The position numbers and the translations under genes are program-made. Below are positions 25,135 through 28,697 of a stretch of DNA of 28,697 nucleotides, piece after piece. The stretch's first letter is position 1. Each line of letters starts with the position of its first letter. Origin of the DNA: a virus (Duplodnaviria > Caudoviricetes); the IMG/VR virus record IMGVR_UViG_3300030492_000013, positions 1-28,697 of that record, one strand, 5' to 3'. The notes below the pieces were generated by a model. The model searched no databases. It had not been told where the DNA came from and saw nothing but the letters and a program-made list of their open reading frames with translations.

Positions 25135-26492
25135 GGTTGGCCTTTCTTTCGGTAAATCTTGGTCATATCGCCTGCAACCACATGCCCGCGCTTAAGCATC
25201 AGCTTGGCAATGCGGGTGCGGTCGTGGTGGCTGTGGGTGGCTTGGCGTAGCAGGCCGAAGTAGCTGTTGGCGGCTGGGTGCAGGTCGGCAGCGGGCATGT
25301 CTTGCAGGCGGTCCAGCGCCACATGTATGGTCTTGCGCCGGGTGATGCGCCGCCAGGGTTTGACCAGGTGGCCCACAAAGTCAATTCCGCGCGCTACTGG
25401 CTGCAGGATGGTCTTGCGTGGGTTGAGCTGTAGGTCAAGGGTGGTCAGCTTGGCCTCAATCTGGCTGCGTGCTTGGTTGAGCCATTGGGGGCTGTGGTGC
25501 AGCAGCACAAAGTCATCCACATAGCGCACGTAAGTCGGCGCACCGATGCGGTGTTTGACAAACTGGTCCAGATCGTCCAGCAGCACATTGGCAAAAAACT
25601 GGCTGCTGAGGTTACCAATGGGCAGGCCGTAGCCCTGGGGTGCGTTGGCCAGCCGCTTGTGGGGTGGCACCAGTGCCAGCTCGGCAGGGGTGCCGCGCAC
25701 CTCTACGTCCTGGCGCGGGTCGTGCATCAGGATGACTTGGGCCAGCGACATCCACCACGGCTCTGTCACCCGGCGCTGCAGTTGCTCCAGCAGCACGGCC
25801 TTGTTGATCGACACAAAGAAGTTGGCCAGGTCACACTTGAGGTAGTGCGCTGTCTGGCTCCAGTTGTGGGTGTAGCTGCGCACCTGGTGCTCCAGCCGCT
25901 TGGCAGCGTAGAGGGTGCCGCGCCCGGGGATGCATGCACAGCTGTCGGCCACAAAACTGGCGTGAAAACGCGGCGCAATGTGGTTGTACAGCAGGTGGTG
26001 CACGATGCGGTCGCGGAAGCGTGCCGCCCACACCTCGCGTGGCTTGGGGTGGGTGATCACAAAGCAGACAGACCGCCCGGGCTGGTAGGTGCCGGATGAC
26101 AGCTCGTCATACAGCTGGTAGAGGTTGTGCTCGGCCTGGGCCTCAAAAGCCAGGGCACTGGTGCTGTTGCGCTTGGTGCGACGGCAATCAAGGTAGGCCT
26201 GCACCAGGTGGTAGAACAGGTGTGGATCTGCGGACGGCAACAGCACCACCTTCGTAGCTCTTGTGGTTGTTGTTCTGGTTGCCGTTGTTGAAGTTGCAAT
26301 TCCAGGCGTAAGAGGCACCATCGCGCTATTGAGGCTGCCCACCCGAAGGCCTGAGCCGATCAGGTGGGTGGCTGCACCAGACCGGGCCTGCACTTGTGCA
26401 GCGGTGTCTGTGATGTGCATGTCGGTGGCCTTGTGGGCCAGCGGCGCGACCAGATTCACTGTGCGCACGGGTGTGAGGGCCTTGACCGTCAT
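25131..26492 (-). CDS. DGR reverse transcriptase (start uncertain: 26492, 26321 or downstream of TR)
   Basis: KPREVWAARFRDRIVHH, YLKCDLANFFVSI, GLPIGNLSSQFFAN, YVRYVDDFVLL, IDFVG; adjacent to TR and avd. Confidence 0.93.
   Translation of the reverse strand: MTVKALTPVRTVNLVAPLAHKATDMHITDTAAQVQARSGAATHLIGSGLRVGSLNSAMVPLTPGIATSTTATRTTTTRATKVVLLPSADPHLFYHLVQAYLDCRRTKRNSTSALAFEAQAEHNLYQLYDELSSGTYQPGRSVCFVITHPKPREVWAARFRDRIVHHLLYNHIAPRFHASFVADSCACIPGRGTLYAAKRLEHQVRSYTHNWSQTAHYLKCDLANFFVSINKAVLLEQLQRRVTEPWWMSLAQVILMHDPRQDVEVRGTPAELALVPPHKRLANAPQGYGLPIGNLSSQFFANVLLDDLDQFVKHRIGAPTYVRYVDDFVLLHHSPQWLNQARSQIEAKLTTLDLQLNPRKTILQPVARGIDFVGHLVKPWRRITRRKTIHVALDRLQDMPAADLHPAANSYFGLLRQATHSHHDRTRIAKLMLKRGHVVAGDMTKIYRKKGQP
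26230..26316 (-). repeat. DGR template repeat (TR), 87-nt aligned core
   Basis: Minus strand gcc tct tac gcc tgg aat tgc aac ttc aac aac ggc aac cag aac aac aac cac aag agc tac gaa ggt ggt gct gtt gcc gtc cgc: 25 adenines, 8 AAY codons; aligns without gaps to two VRs. Confidence 0.95.
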
Positions 26493-26851
26493 ACAGCAGG
26501 CGCCCTGTTCGTTTTCTTGAGCCAGCCACCGGCTTGCTTCCCGATGCTGCCCAGCAGCTCGATGGACTCAGCCCAGAGCTTGGGCGAGATGTATCGGGCA
26601 TCGTGACTGACGCGCAGCAGGACAGTGATGGCGCGCTCGGTAGCGAGCAGCTTGTGAATGTACTTAGCGCGGGTTTCGTGCTGGGTAGCATTGGCAAGGG
26701 CCATCAGGTCCAGCATTTCAACGCAGTGCTGGGTGATCTTCTCGCCCAACGCCCGCTTGACTGTTCGCGGCATTTGAACCTGTGCTTTTATAGCCAGATC
26801 CAACAGCCGGATACCGGTGCGGTGAATTGGGATTTCGGTGTGCAAAGCCAT
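26489..26851 (-). CDS. avd: DGR accessory variability determinant (Avd-like four-helix bundle)
   Basis: 120 aa, basic and helical: MPR..K..LGEKI, LLR...D.RYIS, IGKQAGGWLK; sits between target and TR. Confidence 0.88.
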   Translation of the reverse strand: MALHTEIPIHRTGIRLLDLAIKAQVQMPRTVKRALGEKITQHCVEMLDLMALANATQHETRAKYIHKLLATERAITVLLRVSHDARYISPKLWAESIELLGSIGKQAGGWLKKTNRAPAV

Positions 26852-26891
26852 GACTTGGTGCGGCTCAGTTAAAGGATTGAAGGACTAAATC

Positions 26892-27350
26892 TCAAAATCT
26901 ACGGACGGCAACAGCACCACCTCCGTAGCTCTTGAGGCCGTAGTTCTGGTAGCCGTTGCCGAAGTCGCAATACCAGGCGGCAGAGGCGTCTTCCTCATGT
27001 GTCTCGCTAGACCAATGCCACTCGGGCTTGAGGTGTGGCTTGCAGTTGGCGTACAGCAAGGCCTGCTCTTGGCGGGTTGGGATCGAGCCGCCAATGCTGG
27101 CGGCCCAATCCATAGCGGCCTGCCAGGTGAGCTTGCCTTGCGGCCGCTGAGTCATCAGCACCAAGTGGTGGTCAACATGGCCTGATTCGTTGAGCACCGG
27201 CCCGGCATAGCGCTCACCTGGGAAAAGCTCAATTTCAGCTTCTGCATAGCGCCAGAGCACTGGCTTATTGGCATCCGCTTTGAACTGGGCAATCAGCTTG
27301 CTCAATTCGGTTTGTTTGGCCTCGATGGCTTCAAGGGTGATGGTGGTCAT
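26892..27350 (-). CDS. DGR target protein A (DUF1566/CLec-like), 152 aa
   Basis: ATG 27350 with AGGAG RBS; TWQAAMDWA...GG.IPTRQEQALLYAN...WHWSSE....AW; ends in VR1. Confidence 0.88.
   Translation of the reverse strand: MTTITLEAIEAKQTELSKLIAQFKADANKPVLWRYAEAEIELFPGERYAGPVLNESGHVDHHLVLMTQRPQGKLTWQAAMDWAASIGGSIPTRQEQALLYANCKPHLKPEWHWSSETHEEDASAAWYCDFGNGYQNYGLKSYGGGAVAVRRF
26901..26987 (-). repeat. DGR variable repeat VR1
   Basis: 13 mismatches to TR in 87 nt: 11 at TR adenines and 2 non-A near the edges (T>G, and the terminal C>T). Confidence 0.93.
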
Positions 27351-27379
27351 GGTGGCTCCTAAAAAAAAGGATTGAAGAA

Positions 27380-27769
27380 TTAAGCGATGAGGGGAATCAA
27401 GCGGACGGCAACAGCACCACCTCCGAAGCCCTTGCGGGTGTCGCTCTGGTAGCCGTAGCCGAAGTTGCAATACCAGGCGCAAGAGGCGTCGTCTTCCTCG
27501 CTGGTCCAGTGCCAGCCGCTCGGCAGCGTGGCCTTGATGTTGGCAAACAACAGCGCAGCCACGGGCCGAGTGGGCAGCACTCCGCCTTGTTTCTTGGCCC
27601 AGGTAATGGCCTTGTTCCACGTGAGGCTGGTGCCGTTTCCTGGCAGGCGGATCACAGCGCTGTGCACACCGTCTTTGGTGGTGATGACGCCCGCAAAGAT
27701 GCCGCCTTCAAGCGGTTCACCCAAGGCGGGTAGATTGGAAATAGACAGGGTTTTGGTTTGAGTGGACAT
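27380..27769 (-). CDS. DGR target protein B (DUF1566/CLec-like), 129 aa
   Basis: GGIFAG, TWNKAITWA...GG.LPTR....LLFAN...WHWTSE...AW; ends in VR2. Confidence 0.88.
   Translation of the reverse strand: MSTQTKTLSISNLPALGEPLEGGIFAGVITTKDGVHSAVIRLPGNGTSLTWNKAITWAKKQGGVLPTRPVAALLFANIKATLPSGWHWTSEEDDASCAWYCNFGYGYQSDTRKGFGGGAVAVRLIPLIA
27401..27487 (-). repeat. DGR variable repeat VR2
   Basis: 13 mismatches to TR in 87 nt, all at TR adenines. Confidence 0.95.
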
Positions 27770-27799
27770 GGTTGGCTTTCTGGGTGGTGGGTGAAGCGG

Positions 27800-28072
27800 T
27801 TAGAGGGTGGGGTTGGCGGCGTGGTCACCGTGGCATTGCCTGCGGTTGTTTTCGGCGGTGGTGCCGTAGTTGGCGATCTGAACGGCGGCGGCGTCGAGCC
27901 GCTTGGCCAGTCGATCGGCAGTGAGGCCCCACTGATGGCATGCGCGGATGTAGGCATCCATGCCTGCAGCCTGGGCGGGAGTTAGGGGCTTGCCGACTGC
28001 GGGCACAGCGTCGGTTTTGACGGACACAGTTTTGTCTGGCGTATCGGTGAAGGTGATGGTGACTGATGCCAT
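27800..28072 (-). CDS. Hypothetical protein
   Basis: 90 aa with GAGAG RBS-like sequence, in operon order. Confidence 0.6.
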   Translation of the reverse strand: MASVTITFTDTPDKTVSVKTDAVPAVGKPLTPAQAAGMDAYIRACHQWGLTADRLAKRLDAAAVQIANYGTTAENNRRQCHGDHAANPTL

Positions 28073-28085
28073 GGCGATCTCTCAA

Positions 28086-28409
28086 TCAGGTTGGAACGAC
28101 GTGGATGTGGGCTGCATTGCTCGCGAAAAGGCGGATGTCTGACACTGCTGCCTGGATGGTGATTTGGGCGCCTTTTTTGAGGCGCCTGGCAGCGGCCTGG
28201 GCTTGGTCATGTGCACCCGCTGGGAAGCGTTGCTCGGCCACCAGGTGGGTGCGCTGGGCGTTGTTTAGCTGGATCACGCAATAAAGCACGGGCACCATGT
28301 GCCCCTCTAGGTCGGAGGAGCGGCTACGTGCCTCGGCTGCTTTGACCAGCGTGCCGGTGTACTCAAGCAAGGCAGTAGCCTGTGCAGACGTATGCACGGC
28401 GCCGTTCAT
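28086..28409 (-). CDS. Hypothetical protein, possibly OB-fold (SSB-like)
   Basis: 107 aa; YTGTL...AE.R and A...LKKGAQITI resemble the SSB/PriB pattern. Confidence 0.45.
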   Translation of the reverse strand: MNGAVHTSAQATALLEYTGTLVKAAEARSRSSDLEGHMVPVLYCVIQLNNAQRTHLVAEQRFPAGAHDQAQAAARRLKKGAQITIQAAVSDIRLFASNAAHIHVVPT

Positions 28410-28633
28410 GATGTGCCCCAGATTGGCTGCGTGAGCACATACAGGAAGCCCAGGCCAAAGAAAAAGCCCGCCAGACCCGCGATGGCTACGCGCTCGTTGC
28501 GGAACTCCCGCCAGATGTCGTCAGGCTCGGGTAGTTGCACGTTGCCCGCCTCGGGTGGGGTGGTGGTGGGGCTGGGGGTAGCCCCGGCGCGAGGTGTTTT
28601 GCGCCGGTCTGGCAAGGGATAGGGTTTCATCAT
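28406..28633 (-). CDS. Small membrane-anchored protein
   Basis: 75 aa with a C-terminal hydrophobic segment VAIAGLAGFFFGLGFLYVL; GGAG RBS. Confidence 0.55.
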   Translation of the reverse strand: MMKPYPLPDRRKTPRAGATPSPTTTPPEAGNVQLPEPDDIWREFRNERVAIAGLAGFFFGLGFLYVLTQPIWGTS

Positions 28634-28697
28634 GGTTGCTCCAGGACGAGTTGGGTGGTGCGGGCGGCAGCGGCGGCTATCTGGGCGTCGATAACGC
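28630..28697 (-). CDS. 3' end of an upstream gene, partial
   Basis: ...VIDAQIAAAAARTTQLVLEQP* with TGA overlapping the next ATG. Confidence 0.4.
   Translation of the reverse strand, partial: VIDAQIAAAAARTTQLVLEQP

Larger units (their letters stand above)
25131..27769 (-). mobile_element. Diversity-generating retroelement cassette: target B - target A - avd - TR - RT
   Basis: All canonical components present and co-oriented, with adenine-specific TR/VR mismatches. Confidence 0.93.

Noticed and set aside
25131-26492. RT as a group II intron, retron or Abi RT
   Set aside because: No maturase or endonuclease extension is visible, and the adjacent Avd, TR and VRs identify it as DGR class.
26230-27487. 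Three repeats read as a CRISPR array or simple duplication
   Set aside because: The copies are 87 nt long, 500-670 nt apart, lie in coding sequence, differ at adenines and have no cas genes nearby. This fits TR/VR.
26892-27620. 242-aa ORF, or a frameshift fusion of the two targets at the T8 tract
   Set aside because: The upstream extension is an alternative frame over target B. Target B stops at 27380, before the T8 tract, and target A has its own AGGAG RBS and ATG at 27350.
1-28697. tRNA, rRNA, IS elements or host chromosomal genes
   Set aside because: None recognised. The only host-like sequence is the short rimO-like fragment.

Overview
A 28.7 kb stretch of a temperate siphovirus-type phage genome; the host is probably a betaproteobacterium, which is a weak inference. 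The left half (+ strand, 1-15.8 kb) holds the portal C-terminus, a protease/major capsid fusion, head-tail and tail tube genes, a frameshifted tail chaperone pair, tape measure, a DUF2460/DUF2163/NlpC-P60/tail-tip module, a tail fibre and a lysis cassette (two holin-like genes, GH19 endolysin, embedded Rz/Rz1 spanins). A separately promoted accessory operon with a palindromic operator follows at 15.8-17.5 kb. The right half (- strand) holds a large serine recombinase and a long, tightly coupled leftward operon. Three features stand out. (1) A complete diversity-generating retroelement (RT, Avd, 87-nt TR) diversifies two tandem small DUF1566/CLec-like proteins in the non-structural operon rather than the tail fibre, and its TR lies inside the RT reading frame. 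(2) An apparently intact attP beside the recombinase carries a replacement 5' end of rimO, which implies integration into rimO and that this sequence is the excised form. (3) A ParB-like protein fused to an H-NS-type DNA-binding motif is translationally coupled to the DGR RT. All family assignments come from motif recognition by eye, not database searches.
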